Shown here piece after piece: positions 49,640 through 62,562 of a DNA stretch of 64,000 nt. Under the pieces are notes generated by a model that saw only the letters and a program-made list of their open reading frames with translations, made no database searches and had not been told where the DNA came from. Source of the stretch: Camelus dromedarius. Taxonomy: Eukaryota. Position 1 is the first letter of the stretch, and each line of letters begins with the position of its first letter. The stretch spans positions 34,908,001-34,972,000 of the forward strand of contig NC_087447.1 of the NCBI RefSeq assembly GCF_036321535.1, read 5' to 3'. Position numbers and translations under genes: made by a program.

Positions 49640-50780
49640 TCCCCTACCTCTATATGCCTGCCTGTCCGTCCTGCACCGGGTTGAGCGCGCACTGCCCCGC
49701 CGGGGTCCCTCTGGCGGCTGCCGTAGCGGCGCAGCCCAGGCCCGGGGCTCCCAAGAGGAGAAAATCATGAATGAAATGGACGCGGTGCTCCCGCTCCCCC
49801 GCCTTCCCTGTCCAGGCAACCTCAGTGCGGGGGCGGCGCCTGCGGGGACTCCAAGCGAAGTTGGGGGGTGGGGGCGCCCGAGATCCGGATTGGGGATTAA
49901 GGGTCTGTGATTCGGCCCCTCTCGGGCCCTGGGCGCCGCCGGAGCTCCCCGCCCCCCACGCCCGTCAGCCCCGCGGGCCCTGCGCAATTCCCGGGGAGCG
50001 GCGCAAGCCCGCCCGGGGGCGGGGCGGAGCCGGGGCTGAGGGTGCCGAGCGGACCCCGCGTCTGCGCCGGCAACTCCGCGGCCCCAGCATATTTGGTGGG
50101 GCGGTTGGGCGAGGGAGCGCGCACGGAGCGCGGGACGGAGCGCCGAGCGGACGGACCGACGGACGGACGCCCCCGCACACGCAGACGCACAGAGCTCGGC
50201 GCGGTCCCCGTCACGCATACACACACACACTCGCGCAGACATATACAGGGACACACGCACACTCGCGCGCGCGCATCCTCCCGCCAGCCTGCCCGCCAGC
50301 TCGCCGGCGCCCGGAGCCCGCTCTGGCTGGTAAGTGCGGCGTCTCCGTCGGCGCCTTTGTGCAGGGAGCCAGAAGGTGGAGGGCGCGGGGTCCCTCCCAG
50401 GGAGGCCCCACAACTGAGACCTCCTCCAGCCCCCAGGGCTGGGAAACCGGCGCCCGCCCCCGCCACGCCCCCATGGGGCTCACGGCGCCCCCGGACTGGG
50501 GGAAGGGTCCCCCACGCCCGGGAGGGGAACCGGCGCTGAATAGCTGGGAGGGAGCAGCAGCCACTCCCCACGAAGCTCGTGCGCGGTTCTGGGGAGGGAG
50601 GGGTGGGATCCGGATGGTGGTCGGGGTCGGAGCCTCTGCCGCCGTGGCTGGTGCGCGGCTCTTGGCTGCATCACCTCTCCAGGGTCTGAAGCTCTTGCGG
50701 GGGGAGGTTGGAGATCGCCGCTAGCTTCCTGGCCTGTAAACTGTAGCTCCCAGCCTTCGCTTCGCCTCCCCCGGACCGTG
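49640..50780. promoter_or_regulatory. CpG-island promoter (probable PTPN5)
   Basis: Abrupt rise in GC and CpG density; GC boxes 'gggggcggggcggag' (~50015-50030); EGR-consensus sites at 49826-49835 and 50168-50177. Confidence 0.9.
50100..50329 (+). other. PTPN5: Non-coding first exon, probably PTPN5 (STEP); 5' boundary approximate
   Basis: Consensus donor CTG|GTAAGT at 50329/50330 inside the CpG island. Identity rests on synteny (PTPN5 lies downstream of, and co-directional with, MRGPRX1/X2 at human 11p15.1). No PTPN5 coding sequence was recognised in the window. Confidence 0.6.
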
Positions 50781-52949
50781 TAGCTTAAACCACTCGTTCC
50801 CCACCCACCCCCAAAATAAAAGCCCAGCGCGTTCCCCTCCCCCAGCATCCCCCTTTTTCCTGGATGAGACCCAGGATCCTGCAAAACCTGGAGATTGCTC
50901 AGGTCAGAGCCCCGAGAGGCTTACCTTACCAAGAATCTTGTGGCTTAGAGGGTCAAGACCAGGTGAACCTTGAAAACTCATTTAACCCCCTCATTTTACA
51001 AATGGGGAAACTGAGGCCCAGTGAGGTGGCTGACCAAGGTCACCAGAGAGTTAGTGGCAAACCCTACATTAGAATCTAGTGTCCCTGGCTTTCATACTCA
51101 TTTCCTCTCCTATACAACTCCAACCTTATCCTCTTTGAGGCCCCAGAACCCAAAATTTTACCTGAGTGTATCAAGAAAGTCTTTGTAATTACAGCCCTGC
51201 CCCCCATTTGGAGTGGCAGGTGCCTTTCATTTGCTACGATCCTTACTGTAAAAAAAAAAAAAAAGAAAGAAAGAAAAAAAGGAGGGGGTTAACCTTTAAT
51301 TTTTCTCTTTCAGTCTCAAAGGAGATTTCTCTTAAGCAAGCAGTCCAGGTTTGAGATTTAGTTTGGGAGAATGAAGCAGTCCTGGTCGGGAGATCAGGTT
51401 CCAGGGTGTTAGTCCTGGCTCTCCCAGGAGTCACTGAGCAGTGTCCTCAGTTGGACCAGGTGTTTTCATGGTCAAGGAGTCATTCCCTCCCCACTTTGAC
51501 CTGACTGCATGCCTTCTCCCTCCCTCTCCCCTTTTCCTTAAGGGCTAGGTCTTCTATTCCAACCAGGCTCCCTTCATCCCTGTGTAGAGGGCCCTGAGTC
51601 TCTCATGTCCCGCCACCTCTCCCTCCTTGACGTTTGTGGAGGGTAGCCTCTTGGTGTTGCTGACAGAGCTGTTGGGGCAGCTTAAGTTACAGCCTCACCA
51701 GGCTTGGGTGGTGGCTCCCTCAAGGGCAGCTGGGTGTCCCCAGAGCTGAACCTGATGCCTGGTGCAGAGAGGGTGCCCCGAGAGGCATGTTGAAGGAATG
51801 CAAGCTAGATGGTGAATAGATGAAGTCAGTCACCTTTGAGGAAGACTCCGTTGGCTGGGGGAGTTGGCAAGGAGGGCCAGGTTCAGTCTCTAGGGGCCTG
51901 AGGCTCTTGTCTCAAGAGCTTCCTCCTTGGGTAGGAGGAGCAACCTGGCATGGAGCAGAACCAGGGTGACCAGGTGGCATAACTTCAGGAGCCACTACTC
52001 ACATTGTCATCCATGTAAACGGCATTGTGTTCCAGAAGTGCCACTGACATAGACTTCATAATGACTAGTGGCCCCTGGTTGGTTGCAGTGCCGTGGCTCT
52101 CACCCAAAGAGTGAAGAGTCTGGGTTCCAGGTCCAGTGTCCTCCTCACGGACTGGACAGTTTCAGTGAATCCTCCCTGGGAAGCGATTTCTCCATCTGAA
52201 AAATAAGATCATTGGATTGGGGATTTTCAGGGTATCTTTTAGTTCTAAACTGTTGCGGGGGGGTTGGAAGAGGGAGGGCAGCACTTATTTATATAACTGC
52301 TGTGGGCCTGGTTTTCCTCTTCCATTACTCTGCGAGGGAATAAGATGAGATGAGATCATTTATGTAGGGTACTTAGCACAGTGCCTGGGGCATAAAAAAA
52401 AAAAAAAAGCTCCGAATCGGTAGCTATTAATACCATTAAGGCCCTAGCCTTATGGATCTACCCCTCCACTTCTTCCCTTCTTCAGATTGCCCAAGGACAT
52501 GCGATTTTAGAGCCTCAAAGCCCCTCTTCTGCAAGATATCACTCCCCCACTGACCTATTCCTGGATTTCGGCTTGGCCAGCATAGGACATCCATGAACCT
52601 CCCTGGGTGAAGTCGCACTTGTGTTTATCAGTTGTTTTGCACTTAAGGGTGATTGAATTTGATCATTTATGTACAGTCAAAGCTTTTCTTACACTCTGTC
52701 ACTTATACTTAATCCTGTTGATATCAGTAGTGTTATTATTCCCATTTTAAGTAAAGGGGAAGTAAAGACTCAGAGTCCAGTTTGTCTAAGGATGTGTTCT
52801 GTAAGTCTCAGAATCAGAGAGTTGTCTCCTGCTCAGGTCATTTGACTACTGATTCTGAACTCTTTTGTTGCCTGTCCTTTACCAAGACCGGTCCTAAAAG
52901 AGAGACAGATGACTCCTTGGAAAGAATTGAGAGAAGGAGTTTATTCTTC

Positions 52950-54130
52950 TGGACGATCAGAAGTGGCTTCTTGGAGAAGCTCAGTGGCGTTTGAGCTGGG
53001 TCTAAATGAAACTATTACACGTAGTGGAAGCAGCATAAGCAGAGAGTAGGCAGTGGGGGCTTGTAGAGCATGTGTAGTAATTGGAAAGTGGTTCATTCCA
53101 ACCAGTACAAAAAGGATAAAAGAGGAGCCGTGAGAAGGAAGGCTGGCTAGGGAGGTGGAGGCAGTTGTTGGGGGCATTGAGTGCCAAGCCAGGGGATTGG
53201 TCTTTTGTTTTTAAGTGGGGGAGAGACATGATCAAAACGTGACCATTAGGATAAACTCACTCTGGCTGCCCCGTGGAGAACAGATTGGAGGAGGAGAGCC
53301 TGCTGGCAAGGAGCCCAGGTAGGAAACAATGAAAGGGGTATAGGTAAGAGATAAGGAGAGGATGAACTGGGGTGGTTGTAAGGATGAAGGGAAAAAGGAG
53401 TTGATGCAGGAGGCCACAGTGTCACCAGAATTGGTAGTAGGTTGTATGTGGGAGTAGAGGGAAGGAGGAATGAGAGGTGATGGCCACGTTTGGAGCCTGA
53501 GTAGCTGAGAGTGCCATTCACAGACAGAGCCCCACTGGAAGGTGGAGGGAGGCTTGGGACTGGGGGCCATGGATCTGACAGGGAACCATAATGACTCCAG
53601 CAAAGCTGGCTCATGGAGCACCCTAGACTGGCCAGAGCCAGTTGCTTCCTTCCTTCTTTCCTTCCTTCCTTCCTTCATTCATTCCCCAAATACATAGAAA
53701 CATCTGTAACATGCCAAGCTGTTCCAGGCTCTAGGGATACATTGCTGAAAAAGATGAACTTTCTGCCCAAGCTCTACCAAGGGAGACACAAAAGAAAACA
53801 TAAGCAAAGATAGAACACTTCAAGAGGCGAGCAATGCTCAGGAGACAAATAAAGCAGGGTGAGGAGGAACAGGGGAAAGAGATTTTACCTTTAAATAGAA
53901 TTGTCTTTAAGGAAGTAGTATTTGAACAAAGACCTGAGTGAAGTGAGGAGGAGACCTGGTAGAAGAGCATTATGGGAAGAGGAGAGCACAAGTGCAAAGG
54001 CCCTGGGGTACAAACAGCTTAATATTTACAGGGAACAACAAGTGTGGCTGTACTACATAGGTCAAGAGGAAGGGTGGGAATGAAAAAGGTAGGAGAGAGG
54101 GGCTGGCCCAGATCATGTAGGTGTGAGAAA
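52950..54130 (-). mobile_element. LINE-2 fragments
   Basis: 'ttaggataaactcactctggctgccccgtggagaacagattggag' and (TTCC/TTCA)n tail followed by 'gaagtagtatttgaacaaagacctgagtgaagtgagg...agtgcaaaggccctgggg'. Confidence 0.7.
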
Positions 54131-56689
54131 TAAGAAATCACACGATGTTAATGAATCCTATTCTCCTTATGTTCTTCATGCCTAGAAGCCCCAAATTCAG
54201 CAATGGCTCACTAAATAGTTGTTGAATCAATGAATGTCAGAAACCAGCATTTATGTACAAAAATGCAAATGCAAATATCTTAGACTAAATAAAGGTATTA
54301 TGGCATAGTAAGGGTACAGTAAGCTGTAGTATGATCAAAATGATAAAGCTCAGATGATACGAATGTCTGTGTTATCATTCAAGTATGAAATTTGAGTGAC
54401 ATCTGCATATTCAATATGGCTATTTACTAAGATGAAATAGTAATACATACCTGAAATGACTGTAAAACAATTAAAATGGTAACATTTTTGGTCTTCCCTC
54501 ATCCCCTTTGCAGTGCAAATATACAAACTTTTGGCTTCATTTCAAATTTCCCCTTGTGCAACTCTCATGCCCTCAGCCATTTTCCATATAGAGATTTTAA
54601 AGAAACTCATCGCTAGCACAAAGGCCCATATTTGTAGGACAAGGAATTATCATCTTCTCCAGTAAATTGACAGGTTCCCAAAAAAGGCAGAGAGGGCAGT
54701 GAGGAGGGAGAAACTATTTATAGAGGTATAAATTCTTCAAGCACCTAATTAATTGTTTAAATGGATCTACAAGTGGGAATGGAAAAACTCCAGAAGATGG
54801 TTAATCATTTAAAGCTTTTGTCTGCATTAAGTTGAACACAGGGTATGTGTGAATGTTTCAAAATATATGGCAGCCTTTAGCAAAAATTTAAGCAGCACGC
54901 CAGGAAATACGTTCTTACCAGTGTGGGTCAGCACAGTGGTCTGTGTGTAAGTATGTGTGTTCAGTCCTAAGCTTACTTATGACTAAGTGATGTGGGGCAA
55001 GGACCTTCCCCTCTCCCAAACTGTATCCCCATCTGGAGGAAGTGGGGCTTGGGTTTCTAGGACCCCTAAAGCACTAAGCACTGTGATCTGTGATATCTGT
55101 AGGCCTACCTTATTGTATTCCTGGAGGTCAGTGACCACTGTCACAATGTGGGGATGTGGCTCCCTGTGGCACTCAGATGATTTGGTGGATGAGAGGCAGG
55201 CAGGTGGTCCCGTCTCAGAGGAGATGGATGCTTCCATCAAGCAGACGGAGCCAGATACTAGGCTGGACCTTTTGAGGGGAATATTGACAGATGGTCTAAG
55301 TCTTCTTAGAATTCTAGACTCTGTAGACACCCTGGTCCAAATTCTGTCTGGTTCTGCATATCTTGTCACCTCTAGAAATTGGAAACTCAGGTCAGCCCCA
55401 AGAGCGGGGAGGAACTAGAAACCTTTTTAGTTTTTGAACAGTGTCATCACCAAAAAGCTCTTCCTTGCCTGAAACCATTCTTCAATATCATCTCCGTCTT
55501 TTCTGCATATGGTGAGATGTGGGATGAGCACCTTGGCCACCAGTGTCTGGCAAAGCTCCAGAATCCCCAGACTCTTACACAGAAAAAAGCTTTTCCCACT
55601 GAGCTGTGGTACATGGAATAAAAGCCACCCTCCTTCCTGTGTCCCCCTTGAAGCAACCTTGACTCAAATTTCCATTGCTGGGGTGCAGCATGTTGAGCTG
55701 GAGAGGGATCCCCCTCGAGCTAGATGCAGGGGAGTCACAGTTTGTAAGTGAACAGGGATCTTGGTGAGAATTCCTAACTTGGGGCTAGTGTGGGGGATAA
55801 ACTGTTCTTGGCCAGATCTGGTAACTGCTATGAAAATGCAGACCCACAGTTGCCCTTCCTTTGCGTGGTGAGGTGGTTGGGTGAAGTCACTAGAGACATA
55901 CCAAGCTTCAACATGTCTTTCTTAAGAGTAGAAATGTTCCCCTCTCCTCCAGCTCTCTGGAAGCCACTCAGGAGAGATTCAGTGAACCTCAGTGGTGGGC
56001 GGCACGTGGATGTCTGGAGTCAACTCCAAAGATTATATATTTCATCATCTGCCTAAGGGTGTTGCCCAGCCTTTATAAAATAAATTACGTTGTAAAATTA
56101 ACACAACCATACCATAGAACAAATGTAAGATTAGCCATGATTTTATATGTCCCATACCATTTCTTCTATAGACCTGTATCTTTTAATAGTTGAAGTCAGT
56201 CTGCATATAGTTTTGTACTCAGCATTTTTCGCTTAACATTTTCTCAAAACTTCTGTGCTTCTATGTGACCTTCTTCTAGCTTCAGTGGCTTAACTGTACT
56301 TTATTTAACCATTTCTTAATTGGTGGACATAGTCTTGAATATCTTCCAGCACACAGCTTTTCCATCTCAGATTCTCAAGGCATCTGATTTAAACACCCCA
56401 AAGGGAGTATGCCAGGACCAGGGAGAGGGGCGTTGTAAAGAAGAACACAAGGTTAAAGAACATGTTGACTATGGACAGATGCAGATTGGTTTCATGGATA
56501 CAAATGATGTGGCCCTGGGTCCTGGAGTAGAAAGAAAACAGTGGACACCAGAGCGGAAGCCTAAGAGAGGATGGAGTGGAGGATTATGGGCCAGGACGCT
56601 CAAGACACAGAGCACTGAGGGTGTAATAGAGGCATGTCTGATTTCACATGGAGTCCCTCCAGCGTTCTGTTGATTTGGTTTGGGGTGCC

Positions 56690-57260
56690 TTTTTAAAATT
56701 ATGGTGCAATACATGAAATATGCTCTTTTAACTGTTTTAAGTATATAGTTCAGTAGCATTAAGTACATTCACATTGTTTTGCAACCATCATCACTATCTA
56801 TCCATAGAACTCTTTTCATCTTACAAAACTGAAACTCTGTACCTAGTAAACAGTAACTCCTCGTTGCCTCCTCCCCTCATTCTCTGGTAACCTCTGTCCT
56901 ACTTCACCTACTCTAGGTGTCTTGTAGAAGTGGAATCATACACTTATTTGTCCTTTTGTCCAGCTTATTTCATTTAGCGTAATGTTTCCAAGGTTCATCC
57001 GTGTTGTAGCATGGTCAGAATTTCCTTCCATTTTAAGGCTGAATAATATTTCATTGTATGTATACACCACATTTACTTATCCATTCATCCGTTGATGGAC
57101 ACTTGGGTTGCTTCCACCTTTTGGCTATTGTGAATAATGCTGTTATGAACATTCTGGTTATCTGCTTGAGTCCTTGCTTCCAGTTATTTGGTGTATATAC
57201 CTAGAAGTGGGATTGCTAGATCAAATGATAAATCTATGTTTAACTTTTTAAGGAACCACA
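56690..57260 (-). mobile_element. L1MB-type 3' end
   Basis: 'agttcagtagcattaagtacattcacattgttttgcaaccatcatcactatc...ttgatggacacttgggttgcttccaccttttggctattgtgaataatgctg'. Confidence 0.85.
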
Positions 57261-57714
57261 GGGTGCTTTTAATTAAGGATTTTTGTGTACTCATCAGAAA
57301 AAGACCACTAAATGTAGTCTTAGGAGTGGAGGTCCCAAAAAGAAACCACTAATTTTTTCAAGTAAATTTTGTGTAGGTTCTGCGTGGCATTGGAGGCAAT
57401 AGAGAAGAAAGACAAGGAAACAGAATACAAATGAATCCTCCCTCCATCTCTGAAGAATTATTGTGATTTAGTGGCATCGTGGGTGGAAGAGGAAAGCTCT
57501 CAGGAGAGATCTTGGGGGATGGAATTCATTCATGCACACAGGTATTTACTGTGCCAGGAAATCCACACACCAGGAAGACCTTGCCCACAAGGAGCTTGTG
57601 GGTGTCTGTTGGGGGCACCAGAGAGTAACTGGCAGCAGTGGTGTGTACTGACGCACACCAGTCATCATAATTATTTTTTCTGAGTGCTTACTGCATTACC
57701 TCACATAATCTTTA

Positions 57715-57878
57715 AATTTAAAAAAAGTTATTTTTGCTTTTTGTTTTGTTTTTTGAGGGGAGGCAATTAGGTTTATTTTTATTTATTTATTTATTTATTT
57801 AATGGAGGTACTGGGGATCGAACCCAGGATCTCATGCATGCTAAGCATGCACTCTACCACTAAGCTATATCCTCCCCC
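57715..57878 (-). mobile_element. Camelid tRNA-derived SINE (Vic-1 type), inserted in a MIR
   Basis: Reverse complement of the 16780 element: 'ggaggtactggggatcgaacccaggatctcatgcatgctaagcatgcactctaccactaagctatatcctccccc'. Confidence 0.85.
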
Positions 57879-58729
57879 ACACCTAGTCTTTACCACAGTT
57901 CATTGCAGAAGGTTTTTATTATCCTCAGTTTATAGATAAGGAAACAGAGAGCTTAAGTAACTTGCCGGGAGCACACTGCGAGTACGTGGCAGAACCTGAA
58001 CTCACACCTAGGTAGTAATTGTGCTCTGGTGATGAGCCGAGGGCTGTGGGGACGCAGGAGAGGCATCTGTCCCACCTGGAGATCAGAGAAGGCTTCCTGA
58101 AGGAAGGGGTCAAGTGAGCATTTAAGTGTAAGTGGGCTGTGTTCTTTTACCTGCGATTTCAGAACATGGTTTTCAGTAGCAGCAGCAGCTCTCAGCCCTG
58201 CTTCCTGTTCGCCAGCCTCCCAGGGCGCCCCGCCTCACTGAGACTGCATTTCAGAGGAAGGTGATCACAGTCAGTATCCCTGGTGCTCGTCATGAGGCAG
58301 GGAGGCCAGCAGTGGGACGGTTCCTTTTCTCTCTGACATTTGCTGCCTCTGACTCCCTTAGCTGGCTTCCTTCTAGTCCCTTCTGGGATGCCTTAGAGGG
58401 ACGTCCCAGAGCCCCTTCTGGGCCTGGGCAGCTCCGGGCCAGGAGTGGCCATGGGGTCGTACGTCCACCTGTGTCACTTCACTGCCCCAGGATGCCCCAG
58501 CTTGTGGACTTCCATCACCACGAAATCCCATCTTCCCAAAACCCAGATGGAGCCAATTTTCTCTGCTCTCTGAACCCCGCTGTAGCTCCCCGTGGCTGCA
58601 GCAGTGTTTCTCAACAGGCCTTTCGGTGGGAGAGTTCTTGGTTTTGGCAGCATCCCTGGCCCCCTCCCCTAAATATTTCCCAGGGGCAGCTTTCAGTGAT
58701 TGTGACAGCCAAGAATGCTCACACGCATT

Positions 58730-59015
58730 TTTAAGGTCTATTTTACGAACACGATGTACAGACCTCAAATGTTCCATCCAGTGAGTTTTGACAATTGTAT
58801 GAAGTCAAATAACCGTCAGCAGGATTGCTTTGTGGAACATTTCCATCACCCCTGAAATTTCCTCCTCTCTCCCAGCCAGTGCCCACCCTCAGAGGTAACC
58901 GTCGTTCCTGTTTGTCATCGTACGAGTTCTGTCTGTTCTTGATCTTCATGTGAATGGACTCGTATAGCATGTGGTCTTTTGTGTCATAAGTAGTTTTTGA
59001 GATTCATCCGTTGTT
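58730..59015 (-). mobile_element. L1M 3' fragment
   Basis: 'gtgagttttgacaattgtat...ggaacatttccatcacccctgaaatttcctcc'. Confidence 0.65.
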
Positions 59016-62000
59016 ACACCCCCCAACCCTCCCAGATACACATAGATCTCTAAATGCCAGCTAGAATGGCAGTCCTGTCCTTAATCCCACTGAGAAGAAG
59101 CGGGGTGGGAGTTCAAGTCAGTGTGTCTTCATCGGAAGCCCGAAGCCCACTGCCGTGTGATGAGAGTCCCCTCTCCTGTGCTCTCTGCAGCCACACTGAG
59201 ATGCCCCCTTCTCCCGGCACACCTGGCTGTTTCACCTCTCCCAGCCTTTGCCCCTGAGGTGTTCTCAGCCTGGAACGCCCTCCCCACTGTCTGGTGAACT
59301 CATCCTTGTCCTTGAGATGCTCAAGGACACTTCTCTGTGCAGCTTCGCAGACTCTCCCTTTGTGCCCTCCTGGACACTTGAGTTAGACAGCCACCGTTGA
59401 CATTTAGCGCATTTTTGCTTGCGAGACTACAGGCTAGTTGAGGGTAGGGACAGGGGCTTAGTCATCTGTGGATGCCCACGGGCTCAACACACAGGGCCCG
59501 ATAAGAAAGAAATGGATATAAGATTATAGCAGGTCTTGTCTTAAGACTACCTAGAGGCAAACTGCAACATATATCCCCAGAGCACCCTACGAAATTGTTA
59601 GAAGAAAGGTGGTGAAAAAACAGTATAATCCCTGGCTACAGATGATAAATGTAGAGTTAAACTCACTGCCAGTGAGGCAGAGACCTCCAGCCCTTCCCCA
59701 GAAAACCGGGCATAATGAGAAATGAATGGGCATTGATGAGTGCAAAGTAGTACAGCTCAGGGAGCCAAGGGGATGGGGAAAAGATCAGAGTCAATCAGGG
59801 AAGGCTGCCTGGAGGAGGTGGCTTTCCAGGGTTTTCCAAAGGAGTCTATTGCGCCAGAGTTACATAATCAGAGGTCATCTATAGAGAGCCTTAAAGCATG
59901 ATCCAGGGCGGCCTGGATTATGGCCTGATCCATCCTCTTGTGACTGTAGTCCTGAGTCTCACATAGCTGTCCTTCCCTCCCCTTTCACTCCTTTTTCCCC
60001 ACTTCTTCCTTCCTTTTTTTCCTCCCATTTAGTCACTCCTTCCCATCTTCCTTCCAAACTTGAATGTATAGAAAGAGCTGGATATACGTTGCCCTTCCTT
60101 TCATCCCTCCTTCTCTGCACTGGACTCCCTGTCATGCAGAATATAAAAGGAAGCTCAAGCCTTGCCCCTTCGCAGCCTGGGCAGCTCACAGAAGCCAGGA
60201 TTATGGACAGGAGAGCCAGGGAGCAGCCCCAGGTGGAGTGTGGTCCATTGCCAGATGTCCAGTCACAAATCAAAATGCTTGCAGAAGAATTCAGCCAGAA
60301 GAGAGGTCAGTGTGCTCGACTCCCTGGGGAGGCTTCCTGGAGGCAGCATGAGTGGAGGCAGGCCTTGGAAGGAAGGAGGCCACAGTTCAGAGTAGAGGAG
60401 CAGGGAGGCCTGAAGGAGGAACAGGGGAGAGAAAGGCTGAGGAGCAGGAGTGAGTGTGGCTGGGAGGTGGGGCAATTTTCATGGCAGAGGAGGATTTGGA
60501 GAATCCTATGTAGTCAGGTTTTCAGTTCTTTGCATCTCCCCTTCCTGATGGCTCTGGGTCTGACTCTGCGGACCTGGAAACAGCCCAGGGCTCTCCAGAG
60601 GGGAGAGGATCAGTTCTGCTGGGAGAGGCCCGGCTCATCCTCAAGCTACTCTCTGCTGCATTGTTCTCATTAGCTCCGGGAACACCTGGTAGAGCCTGAG
60701 GAAACGGGAAACAGCTTTGTAGCTGATGGCACCGCCTGATACAAAGAGCAGGAGCATCTCCCGGGCTGGGTTGACTTAGAGGGAGCCCAGAGATGAAGCT
60801 TTGAGCCAGGTCAGCAGTGGTGACAAGGAGGATGTCAGCCCCAGCTTGCCTCGGACTCTGTGTACTTTGGTCACTTCTGTTCTTTAGCACAATGCTGCGG
60901 CCGACAGCTTTTATGGCTTCCATGGCCCAGAGAAAGAAACCAAGGCTCAGAGAGGTTAAGACACTGGTCCAGGACCCCGTGGGAAAGAAGGTGGCAGAGC
61001 ACAGCCTTTCAACCAGGGATCTCTGGCTCCGAGTCCATCCTTTTTATAGAGGACTGTGACTGCCTTAAGGTGTGTGGCCTTAGAATGTCCAGTCTGTTGG
61101 TCTGTTGTTTTGAGGGATGCCACCCACGACTGCAGACCTCTGTTGATGGCCCACCCAGGCCCCAGGTTTCCAGCTGTCCAGCTGTCCCCTGGCACGAGGC
61201 TGTAAGAGCATCAACCATCCTTGGTCCAGGACCAGGCTCCAGCCTATCTCCTCCATTGGTTACCAGAGCAGGACCCAGGTGACCACTTACCTCCTCTCAT
61301 GCCTGTCCCAAGCTCCTCCAAGTGTCTGTTATTTCTACACAAACTAGGGTAATGATGTCTTCTTCACCAGCTTGACACAAGGGTTTAATGAAATAAGCTA
61401 TCAGAAAGCACGTAGCACACAGTAGGTATGCAGCTTTATTTATTAACTCTGAATTCAGGAAGTCAGACCACCTTCAATCTTGACTCCTGGTCCCTTCTGG
61501 CTTTTTTTTTTTTTTTCTTTTCTATTCCATTCAGCTTCCTGGCTCACACTCTATTCTCTCTCCTAGCAAAAGTGCCTCAGACCCAGTTAATATTTCCAAA
61601 CAGCCTCTGCCCTGCCTCACCCAGGCCCTGCCTCTGACTCAGTTTGCCTGATGCTTTTACCAGACCTTCAAGTGCCAGGATCTTCCTGGCCTGAATACAG
61701 AAGGGTTCAGTCAGAGGCTGAGGGTGGGGGCCCTGATGGAGGACTGGACCCCACAGTGAGGGACAGCAGGAGCTAGGAGCCTCCCAGGCTGCAGGTAGGA
61801 ACAAACCTAGCTCTGTCCCCTCCGTAAGTGCATACAAGCCCTATGAGAAGTGGCTTTACAAACGATGAAGAGCAGAGCAGATGGCAGACAGCATCGTCAT
61901 GAAGGATACAGAGCCGGACACAGGTGGCCCTGGCTCTCTGGGCCCAGAGTTGGCACCAGGGATGTCTAGGGCTGAAACCAGAGGCAGATAGAGATCAGAA

Positions 62001-62409
62001 GTACAAAGTCATTTGTGATCAAGGTGGATGTGTAACCAGCACAGGCTTGGTCAGGATTCTAGTCCCAGGTGGAGGAAAGAGAGCTGCAAGGGTGGACAGG
62101 GCTGCAGTCCTAGAAGGCAGATGACCGAGACCAAGACTCTGCCTGGCAGGGCATTGGGCGAAAGGCCAGGCACTGGGATTGGACCAGTGTCAGAGCCAAA
62201 CAAGCAGCAGTGAGGCTGAGTGTTGTGAAAACTTTTAACAATAATATTAGTTACTATTTACATAGCATACTCTGTACTAGGAACTCTTACAAGAGTTTTA
62301 TGTTTTCTGGTCTCAGTAATACTTGTGTTTGCTACTACTGCTGGTCCATTTTACAAATGAGAAAACTGAGGCACAGAGAGTGTGAGTTAAACTCCTGATC
62401 TCCTCCAAG

Positions 62410-62562
62410 GCTGGCAGCATGACCGCTCTCATTCTCAGCTTGAAATCAGCCATGATAGGAGCATTTACACCAGGGAAGTCGGCAAATGCCACAAATTGTG
62501 GCTATTAAAATTTTTTATTAAAAAAATTTTTTTTCTGAGAACCAATTTACTAGCACACAACT
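62410..62562. mobile_element. MER63-like hAT element
   Basis: 'ttgaaatcagccatgataggagcatttacaccagggaagtcggcaaatgccacaaat...tttactagcacacaact'. Confidence 0.6.

Noticed and set aside
49404..50884. Long overlapping ORFs (up to 329 aa) in several frames over the CpG island
   Set aside because: Low-complexity Arg/Pro/Gly/Ala peptides expected from stop-poor GC-rich DNA; no recognisable domain and no match to the PTPN5 N-terminus.
60064..60923. ORFs of 130-190 aa as possible PTPN5 coding exons
   Set aside because: No similarity to STEP sequence as recalled; purine-rich and partly L2-like.
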